A DNA stretch of 64,000 nt from Gemmatimonadota bacterium (lineage in GTDB: Bacteria > Gemmatimonadota > Gemmatimonadetes > Gemmatimonadales > GWC2-71-9): the NCBI GenBank assembly GCA_039588295.1, contig JBDHAB010000010.1, forward strand, positions 1 through 64,000, given 5' to 3'. The translations under genes were made by a program, and so were the position numbers. The notes under the pieces are model-generated. The model made no database searches, was not told where the DNA came from, and worked only from the letters and a program-made list of their open reading frames with translations. Below are positions 16,423 to 26,987 of the stretch, piece after piece (the first letter of the stretch is position 1; each line of letters starts with the position of its first letter).

Positions 16423-18837
16423 CTAGTCCTGAACCGTCCGACCAGCATCGAGCTGGTCGAACGTACGATTGAGTATCCGGTACTCACGCCAGTCTCGGTA
16501 ATCAAAATGCCACCACTCGAACTCGTAGACCGAGAACCCTACGGCTTCCATGGCATCTCGCAGCAGTTCTCTACGCCAGCGCTGAAGCGATGTTCCGCCG
16601 AGATACTGAGGAAACGAGCGATCCGAGAACTCGTCATACCCACCGACCATCTCGACGACACGCCCCGTCGGGAGGTCGTACAGCGTCAGATCCACCGCGG
16701 AGCCGCGATTGTGACGAGAGCCTTCGGCCGGGTTCGCCACGAAAATCTTGTACGCCTCCGGCGTCGCATCCCAGAACATCTTCGTGACGTACCACGGGCG
16801 ATAGGCGTCGTGGACGAGCAGACCATAGCCTTCCGCCGCAAGTCGCTGGTGCGCACGAACCAACGCCTCGGCGGCTGGGCGCTGCATGAACGCCTTGGGT
16901 TCATCATAGAAGATGGAGCTCATGAAGTTGTTGGTCGTTGCGTATCGAATGTCGTACCGGATCGACGGGTCCAGCGCCTGGAGCTCGACGAGGTCGGGAT
17001 CACGGAATGTCCCGGGCTCGGCGGGTGGCGATGCCGCCAACGCTGCCTGGCGCAGTTCTTCGACTGGGCGGACCGGCTGGATCGTAAACGTCGTGCCCGC
17101 CTCACCCCCAGAGTCTCGTCTGGCAAAGACAACACTGGCCGCCTCCACCTGCGTGGCGCGACCTGCTGCATCACGGGTGAAGATCAACCGCTCTCCGTCG
17201 TAGAGACCCCAATTCGGGAACGCAAACACGTCGGGTCCGAGTTCCATCAGCGGATAGAGAAAGAACCACTCGATCAACGCGTGGAGCTGGCCGTCCTTCT
17301 CCAGCACATACAGTACGTTGTGATCCCAGCCGTACTCGCCGATCAACCCGTTCCAGCGACCGGGTGCCGGTGGTGGAATCGCTCTGGAAACCCGTCTCAG
17401 CGTGTCACGGCCCAGTACGAGCCCGTCGGCGAGGGGCAGGAGGCGCGGTCCGTACGAGAGGCGGTCGTCCGCCACCAGCGTGTCGCCTCGGGTCCGGAGC
17501 CGCAGCCGCAGCCCGGGCTCACGAAACCACGCGTAAAGCGCAGCAGGTCGCTTTTCGATCTCGATCACCTGTTCGTCGAGCGCGTAGCGCCCGGCGACGC
17601 GGTCCGCCAACTCGTCCGGCACGGCATCCGTTATCTCGGCTGAGAGCAACGACTCATCATCTCGGACTGCCAGCATCAGTCGCAGCGCATAGGCGACAAT
17701 CCGTCCCACGACGGCGTTGGCCCCATCCATCGTCGTGACCGCCACCGCGCCGAGCTTCTCGTCTGGCAGCGCCGCGAACTCCGTGGCGAAACCGTAGATG
17801 GCACCGCCATGACGGACGAGGCGATGGCCATCCAGGTCGCCGAGCGCGAAGCCGATTCCGAACCCCTCGGTGGCATCGGACGGAGCGAACTGCGGCGTCA
17901 GCATCTGCTCGAGCGTTGCCGACGACACCACCTGACCATCCACGCCAACGCCGTCGGCAAAGATCGCGCTGAGGAACCGTGCGATGTCGGTCACCGGCGC
18001 ATACATGCTTCCCGCGGGTGCCATGCCGAGCTGGAACGTGGGCGCCGCGAACGGTTCGCCGTGATACGACCACATGGAGGCCTTCGCGAGCCGTCGCATG
18101 AGTACGGAGTCCGGCCGAAACGCGCTGCTCTGCATGCCAAGCGGCTCCAGCACCGATCGCTGCAAATACCCGGCAAACGGCTCATCGTGGAGCCGCTCGA
18201 GCACGTAGCCAACCGTCGCAATCCCAGCGTTTGAGTACTTCGTACGCCTGGTGGGTTCGTACACGAGCCGAGTACCGTTGAGGCTGCGAACGGTCGGGCC
18301 GAGCGCGGTGCCCGTGTTGTCGAAGTAGTGCCCCGTCGGTGGCTCCCGGACGAGACCCGAGCGGTGCGACATCAACTGCCGCAGCGTAATCGGTGTGCCG
18401 AACTCATTGGCCGGACTGAAGTCCGAGAGGTACTGCGTGATCGGCGCATCGAGATCAACCTCCCCACGCTCCACGAGCTGCATGATGCCGAGATCGGTGA
18501 AGAGTTTCGACACGGACCCGACTCGGTGGACGGTCGCCGCCGTCGCTGGAATGCTGTCTTCGGGATCGGCGTATCCGAACCCATGGGCCCACACGGTTTC
18601 TTGGTCATCTACCAGTGCGATGGACAGCGCCGGGAGCTCCTTGTCCTTCATCTCGTGTTCGATGAACGCCGTCAGTGCCTCGACTGCCTCCGCATAGTCG
18701 ACTCGGACTGGGACGTTTCCGGCATCCTGCCCGCAGCCTGTGACAACTGCCGAGAGCAACACTGCTGTGAAAGACCCGAGACACGAGACCCGGAATCTGC
18801 GCAGAACCCTGTTGGTTGCGACGGTATGTCTCACCAT
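16423..18837 (-). CDS. Lipoprotein: S12 serine hydrolase fused to C-terminal VanX/DdpX-type (M15D) D-Ala-D-Ala dipeptidase
   Basis: Lipobox VTGC; GSVSK, YSN, HGG; C-domain DIRYATTNNF, DAYRPW, GSRHNRGSAVDLTL, EFEWWHFDY. Confidence 0.9.
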   Translation of the reverse strand: MVRHTVATNRVLRRFRVSCLGSFTAVLLSAVVTGCGQDAGNVPVRVDYAEAVEALTAFIEHEMKDKELPALSIALVDDQETVWAHGFGYADPEDSIPATAATVHRVGSVSKLFTDLGIMQLVERGEVDLDAPITQYLSDFSPANEFGTPITLRQLMSHRSGLVREPPTGHYFDNTGTALGPTVRSLNGTRLVYEPTRRTKYSNAGIATVGYVLERLHDEPFAGYLQRSVLEPLGMQSSAFRPDSVLMRRLAKASMWSYHGEPFAAPTFQLGMAPAGSMYAPVTDIARFLSAIFADGVGVDGQVVSSATLEQMLTPQFAPSDATEGFGIGFALGDLDGHRLVRHGGAIYGFATEFAALPDEKLGAVAVTTMDGANAVVGRIVAYALRLMLAVRDDESLLSAEITDAVPDELADRVAGRYALDEQVIEIEKRPAALYAWFREPGLRLRLRTRGDTLVADDRLSYGPRLLPLADGLVLGRDTLRRVSRAIPPPAPGRWNGLIGEYGWDHNVLYVLEKDGQLHALIEWFFLYPLMELGPDVFAFPNWGLYDGERLIFTRDAAGRATQVEAASVVFARRDSGGEAGTTFTIQPVRPVEELRQAALAASPPAEPGTFRDPDLVELQALDPSIRYDIRYATTNNFMSSIFYDEPKAFMQRPAAEALVRAHQRLAAEGYGLLVHDAYRPWYVTKMFWDATPEAYKIFVANPAEGSRHNRGSAVDLTLYDLPTGRVVEMVGGYDEFSDRSFPQYLGGTSLQRWRRELLRDAMEAVGFSVYEFEWWHFDYRDWREYRILNRTFDQLDAGRTVQD

Positions 18838-18975
18838 CCCTCCTCATCTATGGCGTGGGATCCAGTCATTGATCTCACGTGCACGAATCACGCGGCCGAG
18901 CACGACGGACCCGGTGTCCGACAGCCGTGCACTGGGCTGCGTTGTTGCGAAATCAATGATAACGGAGTATAGCCG

Positions 18976-20835
18976 TCACTCGTCGATTACCGGCAAGACC
19001 ATGTGTGACGGAAAACTCGCGCTTCGGTAGACACGCTGAGTCGCCTTCCGGTAATCGGACTCGGTGGCGGTCGGGATGTTGACGAACGTCTGCGGATTCC
19101 GGCCGATCAGCGGAAACCACGTGCTCTGTACCTGCACCATGATCTTGTGACCGCGGCGGAACCGGTGATACCGGCTGTTGAGATCGATGCGATACTCGAT
19201 GACTTCGTTTGCAGGCACCGGCTCGGGTCGCTCAAACCCATTGCGGAACTTTGCGCGCAGCACATCATCCGCGATCATCAGCTGGAAGCCGCCCATCTCG
19301 GGGTCGTCGGCGTAGTCTTCCGGGTAGATGTCGATCAGCTTGACGACCCAGTCGCAGTCGGTACCACTGGAAGAGGCGAACAAATTCGCCACGATGCGGC
19401 CAGCCACGACGACATCCTGCTCGAGTGGCTCGGTCTCCCAGCTCAGGACGTCCGGCCGTCGATGGACGAACCGCTGGTCGGTGACCTTCCAGAGCGCCTG
19501 CCCACCTTGCCAGAATCCGGGCATCGGCCGAGGCATGTACGGAACCGGGTTGGCGGGATCCGAGACGTAGCTGTCGTAGGCCTCCGTGCTCGGATCACTC
19601 CGCCTCGCGAATGCCAACCGGCCGGAGGGGTGGAAATAGAGATGCCGTACCTCGACCGCATCCGTCGGTGGCCACGCGTCGTGCGCTACCCACCTGTTAC
19701 CCCCCGTCTCGAACGTGTGGGCCTCCCCAACGTCCCAATCCCCCTCGCCCTTCAGGTAGTACGCAAAGAATCGGGACTGCAGTTGCGTCCGGTAGTACTC
19801 GCTCGTGTTGCTGCCGAAATCCACCGACCCCAGGGTGCTTCCATCGCTCCTTGCCCACCCACCGTGCCGCCACGGACCGACGACCAGAAAGTTCATGCCC
19901 GCCGTATCGTACCGCTCGAGCGTCTCATAGATCTTCATCGGACCATAGAAGTCCTCGGCATCCCACCAGCCGGCGACGTTGAGTGTTGGCATGTTCACGG
20001 CCGTAAGGTACGGGGTCACGGCCTGACGCTTCCAGTACTCGGTATAGACCGGATTCTCCATGAAAGCGTTCCACGTCGGAATCTCGCCGTGGAGATACCG
20101 CTCGTTCGCGTTGGAAAGGGGGCCGAGGTCGAGGTACCACTCGTAGGCGTCGCGTTGGTCGAACTGAAACGGCCTGTTGGTCTTGCCGGTCTCCATCAAA
20201 GCCGCATAGCCAAACGCCGCCGCGAGACGCAGGGCACCATTGTGCAAGAAGTCATCACCGATGTACATGTCCGCCGGAGAAGCCTGCGGGGAAACCGCGG
20301 CGACGGCCGGATGCGGCTCGATCATCGCCATGACGGTAAGCCAGCCGCCGTAGGAGATCCCGAGGATCCCCACCCGACCGTTGTGGTCCTCGACGTTCTC
20401 GAGGACCCACTCAATGGTATCGTACGTGTCCGTCCCCTCGTCGATCGCGTCCGGGTCGTGCGGATCCCGCGGCGGCCGCAGCATGACGAACGAACCCTCG
20501 GATTCATAGCGCCCACGGATGTCCTGAAACACGAAGATGTAGCCGTCCGCGGCGAGCTCGGCGTACGATGTGGATAGGGACGTGTGATACCCATCATCAT
20601 CGTGTCTAAGGCCATAGGGCGTTCGCGTTAGTAAGACCGGTAGCGCTCCGCCACGCCTCTCCTTCGGCACGTAGATCTCAGTGTTCAATGCGATCCCATC
20701 ACGCATCGGGATCATGACCTGCTGTCTGTCGAACGCCTCGTTCGGTGCACCGTCTCCGCCGGCACAGCCGGCTGTTGCGAGTGCGACGGACAGCAACGCG
20801 CCATGTCGAATGAGGTACGTAGTGCAGTGCCGCAT
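18976..20835 (-). CDS. CocE/NonD family hydrolase (alpha-amino acid ester hydrolase / S15-like), lipoprotein
   Basis: IPMRDG, RTPY, QDIRGRYESEG, GISYGG nucleophile, GWWDAED, GPWRHG, QSTWFP; lipobox TAGC. Confidence 0.92.
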   Translation of the reverse strand: MRHCTTYLIRHGALLSVALATAGCAGGDGAPNEAFDRQQVMIPMRDGIALNTEIYVPKERRGGALPVLLTRTPYGLRHDDDGYHTSLSTSYAELAADGYIFVFQDIRGRYESEGSFVMLRPPRDPHDPDAIDEGTDTYDTIEWVLENVEDHNGRVGILGISYGGWLTVMAMIEPHPAVAAVSPQASPADMYIGDDFLHNGALRLAAAFGYAALMETGKTNRPFQFDQRDAYEWYLDLGPLSNANERYLHGEIPTWNAFMENPVYTEYWKRQAVTPYLTAVNMPTLNVAGWWDAEDFYGPMKIYETLERYDTAGMNFLVVGPWRHGGWARSDGSTLGSVDFGSNTSEYYRTQLQSRFFAYYLKGEGDWDVGEAHTFETGGNRWVAHDAWPPTDAVEVRHLYFHPSGRLAFARRSDPSTEAYDSYVSDPANPVPYMPRPMPGFWQGGQALWKVTDQRFVHRRPDVLSWETEPLEQDVVVAGRIVANLFASSSGTDCDWVVKLIDIYPEDYADDPEMGGFQLMIADDVLRAKFRNGFERPEPVPANEVIEYRIDLNSRYHRFRRGHKIMVQVQSTWFPLIGRNPQTFVNIPTATESDYRKATQRVYRSASFPSHMVLPVIDE

Positions 20836-20918
20836 GTTCTCCTCCTACGAGCGACGCATGGGTACTCGTTGCCTGCCAGCGGCGTGCGCCGGCACGGCCC
20901 CGTGTTGCGGGCCGAGAA

Positions 20919-22028
20919 CTAGTTCACACCGTGATACCGCCGGTCCTCCGCCGGCTCCGGCGTCTCAGGCGGAGACCACCGCCCCGACTCGACGTCCATC
21001 CACCGCTCGAACAGCGCGGCGACGAAGCCATTCCGAATGGCTGTCCCGTCCTCACGAGTCGCGAGGGCCTCGAACAGCACATCGATGTATCCAGTGGTGG
21101 CGACGCCGATGAACGCGGTTACACCGTCGTAGGCCTCGCCGAAGTCCTGCGCCTCGAACGAGACGGTCTCGGCTTCGTACTCGATTCCGGGAATGCCGTC
21201 CAGCATCTCCAGGGTAGCGGGTGGCACTACTCGAAGAGCCGCGCGGATCGGCGTCACCAACTGCATCGACCGCGCGCCTTCGAGGTTCTCGACGGCGCGC
21301 TTCGCAGCCTCGCGCATCTCCGCATGCACTTCATCGAGTGGTCTCAGCTCCGCCGAGGACGCGCTGGTCGCGCGTTTCACGGTCACGAACTCGATCCACG
21401 GCATGGTCTCGAGATCACGGGCAAGGCGGTCGTCGCCCGAAGCGAAGATCACCGGAACACTGACGCGCCCCCACGAGTAGCCGATCAACTCCGTTTCGGT
21501 GATGGACATCCCGTTCATGATGATGTCCATGCCGAGCGTGTACGTGTGGGAGGCGAATCCCCCACTCCCAGTTTTGGCATGCATACCGACCGCCGCCACT
21601 GCGTCGTACACACCCTCTTCAACGAGATCGACGTACGGGCGGTACCGCTCGTCGCGGAAGGTCATCGTCGCGCGGGAATCGAGTTGATCCAGAAGGAGAT
21701 CCGGCTCGGGGCTGCCACTGCCGTGCGCGTCGACCACATGCACCTCGTCCGCGCCCCCTGAGAAGAGACCGTCGATCACCGCATTGACGTCTGCCGTGAG
21801 CAGCTCTCGGCCCCTGGGGTAAGACTCGGTTTCGCGATAGCTGAAGGTGCGGGGATCGTCTTGCCCCGAGAGACCCTCCATGTCGTGGTAGACCAGAGCA
21901 CGCAACACCCCATCGTCGTTCGACGCAGGGTCCGAGAGTAGTCGCTCATCCTCGGAACTCACCGTCTCCGTTTCCACCGCACAGCCCGCGAGCATTCCCA
22001 GGATGAGTAGAGCAACGAAACGAGTCAT
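20919..22028 (-). CDS. M55 family D-aminopeptidase-like lipoprotein
   Basis: Lipobox LAGC; YHDMEG, VDAHG, VGMHA, ASHT, ASGDD. Confidence 0.85.
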   Translation of the reverse strand: MTRFVALLILGMLAGCAVETETVSSEDERLLSDPASNDDGVLRALVYHDMEGLSGQDDPRTFSYRETESYPRGRELLTADVNAVIDGLFSGGADEVHVVDAHGSGSPEPDLLLDQLDSRATMTFRDERYRPYVDLVEEGVYDAVAAVGMHAKTGSGGFASHTYTLGMDIIMNGMSITETELIGYSWGRVSVPVIFASGDDRLARDLETMPWIEFVTVKRATSASSAELRPLDEVHAEMREAAKRAVENLEGARSMQLVTPIRAALRVVPPATLEMLDGIPGIEYEAETVSFEAQDFGEAYDGVTAFIGVATTGYIDVLFEALATREDGTAIRNGFVAALFERWMDVESGRWSPPETPEPAEDRRYHGVN

Positions 22029-22160
22029 GAGAAACGTCCTCTTCCGTGGTTCGCCATCACATATTGAGACCGGGGACCTGCGGTGGCCGGCGCACCGTCA
22101 GCGCGTGGACGCGCACGCCCCGTGCTAGACGCCAACCTGCAGTCTCGATTCTGAATCTGC

Positions 22161-23798
22161 TCACCGACCAGTGTATCCCGGACCCCGCAACACACGGCCC
22201 GGACGGGCGCCTGTGTGCCGACCGTGATCGACTACGATCTCACCGTTCACGAGGACGTAGTCGATGCCCACGGGGTATTCGACCGGGTCGTCCCACGTTG
22301 CGAGGTCCTGGATCGCTTCGAAGTCGAACACCACAACGTCCGCCCACATCCCTTCGCGAATGACGCCGCGGTCGGGCAACCGCATCCGAGTCGCTGGCCA
22401 CGAGCTCATCTTGCGAATCGCCTCTTCGAGCGTGAGCGCTCCCATTTCCCGGACGTAGCGCGCGATGATCCGTGGAAAGGTCCCGTAGCTTCTGGGGTGT
22501 GGTAGACCCAAGAGATCAACCTCACCCGCCCCGCGAGCCGCACCTGCATCGCTGCCGATGCTGGTCCAAGGAAACCGAAGCGCCCGGCGGATGTCACGCT
22601 CGCTCATCATGTGATAGATGGCCATGACGCGCCCTTCGCCCCCCAATACCAGATCCCACGCCGCGTCAGCCGGATGCTTGCCGAGTTCTTTCGCGATATC
22701 GGTAATCGACCTGCCCTCGAAGCGGGCATTGTCTGGATTGCGGGTGTTGACCACCACGACCCCGTCCCAACCGCCAGCCGCCTCGATGATATTCCACCAC
22801 CCAGGTGAGCCTGTCTCGAGTTCCCGCTTCAAACGCGCGCGAATTGCGGGACTGGACAGCCGCGCGCGCGCGGAGTCGATTCCAGCATCGAACACCCAGG
22901 ATGGCACGGTCGCCTCGAGACCGGTCCCGCCCGCAGTGTAGGGATAGAGGTTTGCCGCGACATCGACTCCCCGCGCCCGCGCCTCGTCGATCGTCACCCC
23001 CGCTGCGTTCATGAGCGTGCCCCACCCGGGCCGGTAGGCCGCCTTCAGATGAAAGATCTCGACCGGGATGCCGCCCCGCTCTCCGATCTCGATGGCCTCT
23101 GCAACGGCCGTGACGAGTTCCTTACCCTCTCCTCGAATATGACTCGCATAGAGTCCACCGTACCGGCCTGCCACTTTGGCCAGCTCGACCAGCTCGGCAG
23201 TCGTGTGATAACTGGACGGAGGGTAAATGAGCGCAGTGGTGATGCCCATGGCGCCTGCTTGCATCGCCGTGTCCACGATCGCCCGCATCCGCTCCAGTTC
23301 GTCCGCGGTCGGCTCCCGATCGGCGAAGCCGAGTACCGCTCTCCTGGCCTGCGTCGCGCTGAAATACGTGCCGAAGTTGAGGCTGATGCCCTGCTCTTCG
23401 AGGTTGCGGAAGTACTCCCCGACCTCGGACGCGGGGACGGGAGTGCCTCCTTCCCCTCCGATGGCAGTAGTCACACCCATGCGCAGTTTGTTCTCCGCCA
23501 GACCGTTCTGCCGCAGGATGCTGCCGGACTGGTCCATCATGTCGATCCAGCCGGGAGAGACGTACTTGCCCGTCGCATCGAGCTCGACCCGTCCCCGACC
23601 GGCGATCTTCCCGATCGCCACGAACCGTCCGTCCCGGACGGCGACGTCGGCCAGAATCCACGGATTCCCCGCACCATCCATCACTCGGCCCCCGCGGATC
23701 ACTACGTCGTATTCCTGCGCACGCGCTGGGGTCCAGAGCGTCGTAACGAACGAGAACCCCACGATGAGACCACAGCGAACCACGCGTCGGCATCTCAT
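22161..23798 (-). CDS. N-acyl-D-amino-acid deacylase family amidohydrolase, exported
   Basis: Signal peptide; DVVIRGGRVMDG, PGWIDMM, LIYPP, YASHIRGE, IFHLK, YPYTAG, IGSDA, HPRSYGTFPR. Confidence 0.88.
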   Translation of the reverse strand: MRCRRVVRCGLIVGFSFVTTLWTPARAQEYDVVIRGGRVMDGAGNPWILADVAVRDGRFVAIGKIAGRGRVELDATGKYVSPGWIDMMDQSGSILRQNGLAENKLRMGVTTAIGGEGGTPVPASEVGEYFRNLEEQGISLNFGTYFSATQARRAVLGFADREPTADELERMRAIVDTAMQAGAMGITTALIYPPSSYHTTAELVELAKVAGRYGGLYASHIRGEGKELVTAVAEAIEIGERGGIPVEIFHLKAAYRPGWGTLMNAAGVTIDEARARGVDVAANLYPYTAGGTGLEATVPSWVFDAGIDSARARLSSPAIRARLKRELETGSPGWWNIIEAAGGWDGVVVVNTRNPDNARFEGRSITDIAKELGKHPADAAWDLVLGGEGRVMAIYHMMSERDIRRALRFPWTSIGSDAGAARGAGEVDLLGLPHPRSYGTFPRIIARYVREMGALTLEEAIRKMSSWPATRMRLPDRGVIREGMWADVVVFDFEAIQDLATWDDPVEYPVGIDYVLVNGEIVVDHGRHTGARPGRVLRGPGYTGR

Positions 23799-25336
23799 TG
23801 CTCGGTCCCCTCGGGCTCCGGTTTCTCAACGCGCATGAACTCGTCGACCCCCTGCACCGTCACTCCTGTCACCTTGCCGTTGCTGCCGAGCGTGAAGGTG
23901 AACTCGGTTCCGGGACCCGCCGACATACTCAGATCCCGCCATTTGGCAACGAACGTATCGTAGTGCCAGTGCTCGAGATCGCCGACAAATGCCGTATGCC
24001 GTCGACACACGAGTTTCCCGTCCTCCTCACTGACGGTCATCGTACCGTACATGTCGTTGTCGTACGTGCCGACATACTCCGAAAGAGGTAACGACGGGCT
24101 CGTTGCTTTCACCCGGCCTTCCTCCCGCTTGCGCTGCTGCTCCGCGGCAGCTTTCTCCGCCTCTTGATTTAACTGGAGAAACAGCGCGTTCCAGTCCCTT
24201 GTGGGAACGCCGAGATACGAATCGACGATGTACCAGGTTATAGCATTGAACGACCCGCGGTTGGAGGTGTTCGTGAGCACCACCACTCCCAGCTCCTCCT
24301 CAGGAACGAGCGTCACCTGCGAGAGCATTCCGTCGATCCCACCTGTGTGCCCCGCCACCAAGCGACCTTGATAGTCGCGCAGTCCCCACCCAAGACCGTA
24401 GGTGCTGAAGTGCATCGACGGGAAGAGCTTCCGGGTCTGAGGGCCCATCGGGTAGATGATGTTCGGTGTGTGCACCTCGCGCACCACGCTATCGCTCAAC
24501 AGGCGCTCGCCCGCGAACTCCCCCTCTCCCAACATCGCGCGTAACCAATGTGTCATTTCCCACACGCTCGAGTTGATGGAGCCTGCCGGCGCGACGTTGT
24601 CGAGGTTGCGATAGGGAATGACTTTGACGGTTCCGTCGAACGGTTGGTGGGGGCTTGCGACGTTATCATCGGATGCAAGATCCAGCGTGCTCGTGTTGCT
24701 GCGGCTCATGCCGAGCGGCTGAAAGATGCGGCTCTTGATGAACTCGTCCCACGTCACGCCGGTGACCGCGTCGGTCACGAGCCCGGCTGCCAAGAACATC
24801 GTGTTCTGATAGCCGGCCCGCGAGCGGAAGCTCGAGTTGGGTTCGAGATGGCGGATCCGGCGCACGACCTCCTCCCGACTGAAATCTGTCGCGTACCAGT
24901 TGGCGTCTCCGCGACGCCCCAATCCGCTCCGGTGAGAAAGCAGGTCCCGCACCGTAATCTCGCGGGTGACGTACGGATCGTAGAGTTGGAACCATGGAAG
25001 ATGCTCGACGACACGGTCATCCCAGCTCATTCTCCCTTCATCCACCAGGATGCCGATTCCAGCTGCGGTGAAGGCCTTGGAATTGGATCCGATCGCGAAC
25101 AGGGTGTGCTCGTCGACCCGCTCCGGCTTTCCCAGCTCTCTGAGGCCGAATCCCTTGGCGTAGACCAGCGAATCGTCCTTCACCACCGCAACGGCGATGC
25201 CCACGACGTTCCAGTCAGTCCGCACTTTCTCGATGTAGTCGTCCAAGCCGTCCGGGAGCTGCGCGGACAGCGGTGCGACCGCAACGAGGCTGAGCACCAA
25301 CATGCTCAGCCACCCCACCACTCGACGGTATTTCAT
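23795..25336 (-). CDS. Exported S12 serine hydrolase with C-terminal DUF3471-like domain
   Basis: Signal peptide; GSNSK, LLSHRSG, YQN, HTGG; LEHWHYDTF in C-domain. Confidence 0.9.
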   Translation of the reverse strand: MKYRRVVGWLSMLVLSLVAVAPLSAQLPDGLDDYIEKVRTDWNVVGIAVAVVKDDSLVYAKGFGLRELGKPERVDEHTLFAIGSNSKAFTAAGIGILVDEGRMSWDDRVVEHLPWFQLYDPYVTREITVRDLLSHRSGLGRRGDANWYATDFSREEVVRRIRHLEPNSSFRSRAGYQNTMFLAAGLVTDAVTGVTWDEFIKSRIFQPLGMSRSNTSTLDLASDDNVASPHQPFDGTVKVIPYRNLDNVAPAGSINSSVWEMTHWLRAMLGEGEFAGERLLSDSVVREVHTPNIIYPMGPQTRKLFPSMHFSTYGLGWGLRDYQGRLVAGHTGGIDGMLSQVTLVPEEELGVVVLTNTSNRGSFNAITWYIVDSYLGVPTRDWNALFLQLNQEAEKAAAEQQRKREEGRVKATSPSLPLSEYVGTYDNDMYGTMTVSEEDGKLVCRRHTAFVGDLEHWHYDTFVAKWRDLSMSAGPGTEFTFTLGSNGKVTGVTVQGVDEFMRVEKPEPEGTEQ

Positions 25337-25369
25337 TGGTAGTGTTCCCTCAGTTCACGTTCTCAGTAG

Positions 25370-26926
25370 CTACGGTCGCCTCGGCCCCCCAACCACGGGA
25401 ACCAGATCCGCCACGCGTCGAAATGTCGGCCACCACCCGGGTAGTTCCAGCTCTACGACGCGTCCAGCGGCATCCAACCTGAACGTGGCCAGCATATCTC
25501 CCAGATATGCGTAGTCCCACACAATCCGAAACGTGTCGAAATGCCAATGCTCCATCACGCCCCGAATCTCCGGGCCGATCTCGATCACGAGCGCTCCATC
25601 CTGCAGTGACACGCGGCCCTTACCGTACGCGCTGTCCAGGTACAGCCCCGTGTATCGATCCAGCGAGAGCGACGGGCTCGTGCCAGACACGCGCTCACGC
25701 TCGGTCCGCTCCCGTTCCTTCGCTCCTTCGGCCTCCTGCTCGCGCATCACGGCGAGAAACTCGGCGCTCCAGTCGTTCCCGGAGGTCTCCAGGTACGCGT
25801 CGAGTACCCAATTGCGAATCGCGTCGTACAGCATATTCTGGCGGCCGCGATTGGTGAGAATCACAACGCCAAGGTTCTCCTCCGGCATGAGGGCGATACG
25901 CGACCGCTGCCCGTCAATGCCGCCGCTGTGCTGAATGAGCTTGCGTCCTCGATAGTCCTGCATCTGCCAGCCGAAGCCATACGCCGAGAAGTGGATCCCG
26001 GGACTGAGTCGTCGCGTCGTCTCGGAGATGGGAATCAAGGTCTGTGGCGCATGGGTCTCGGCGAGCGCCTCCCGCGAGATCAGCCGACGACCCTCGAACT
26101 CGCCACCCGCAAGCTGGAACCGCGCCCACCTGGCCATGTCGAGCACGGTGGAGTTGATCGAGCCACCGGGTGCCTCGTTATCCAGGCTCCGGTACGGAAC
26201 CGGTTGCAGCATCCCGTTCAGCTCCTCGTGGGGAGAAGCGCGGTTCTCGAAGTGCGAAAGCTCCCACACGCTGGTGCAGCTCGAGGTCATGCCCAGCGGC
26301 TCGAAGATGCGTTTGCGAATGACGTCGTCCCAGTTCATGCCGGTGACGGCCGCGATGAGCTGTCCTGCGGTGATGAACATGTTGTTGCTGTACCCGTACG
26401 CCGCGCGGAACCCCGCCACCGGCCGCAGGTAGCGGATGTGGTGCACCAGCTCGTCGCGGGTAAAGCCGGTCCCAAACCAGAGAAAATCCCCGCGCTCAAC
26501 GCCCATGCGGTGCGACAGGAGGTCCCGGATCGTGACCTCGCGCGTGACCCAGTCGTTGTACACGTAGAAGCCTGGGAGGTGATCGATCACGCGGTCGTCC
26601 CACCGCACACGCCCCTCGTCCACCAGCATGCCCATGGCTGTGGCTGTGAACGCCTTGGTCATCGACATGATACCGAAGACGGTATTGGTGTCGACGCTCT
26701 TCTGGGTGCCGACCTCTCGCACCCCATAACCCTTAGCGTAGACCAGCGAGTCGTCCTTGACGATCGCAAGCGCGAGACCGGGGACCTGCCACGCCACCAT
26801 CGCCCGCTCGACATAGGCGTCGAGCCCTGCCAACCGTCCTTGCTGGCCCACCGCCTGCGGCGGCGCAGCCACACCAAGTGTCGCGAGCGCGAAGAGGCCC
26901 CTACCCATCAATGCGAGACCGCTCAT
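25370..26926 (-). CDS. Exported S12 serine hydrolase with C-terminal DUF3471-like domain (tandem paralog)
   Basis: Signal peptide; MSMTK, YSN, HSGG; MEHWHFDTF; colinear with 23795..25336. Confidence 0.9.
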   Translation of the reverse strand: MSGLALMGRGLFALATLGVAAPPQAVGQQGRLAGLDAYVERAMVAWQVPGLALAIVKDDSLVYAKGYGVREVGTQKSVDTNTVFGIMSMTKAFTATAMGMLVDEGRVRWDDRVIDHLPGFYVYNDWVTREVTIRDLLSHRMGVERGDFLWFGTGFTRDELVHHIRYLRPVAGFRAAYGYSNNMFITAGQLIAAVTGMNWDDVIRKRIFEPLGMTSSCTSVWELSHFENRASPHEELNGMLQPVPYRSLDNEAPGGSINSTVLDMARWARFQLAGGEFEGRRLISREALAETHAPQTLIPISETTRRLSPGIHFSAYGFGWQMQDYRGRKLIQHSGGIDGQRSRIALMPEENLGVVILTNRGRQNMLYDAIRNWVLDAYLETSGNDWSAEFLAVMREQEAEGAKERERTERERVSGTSPSLSLDRYTGLYLDSAYGKGRVSLQDGALVIEIGPEIRGVMEHWHFDTFRIVWDYAYLGDMLATFRLDAAGRVVELELPGWWPTFRRVADLVPVVGGPRRP

Positions 26927-26987
26927 CGCGTACCTCCCTTGCGACCGGCGATCGAGTGCCGGCGACCACGTTGCCCGGCCCCTTCGC

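Noticed and set aside
16423..17100. Vancomycin-resistance cluster suggested by the VanX-like domain
   Set aside because: No D-Ala-D-Lac ligase, VanH dehydrogenase or VanRS in the window, and the domain is fused to an exported hydrolase.
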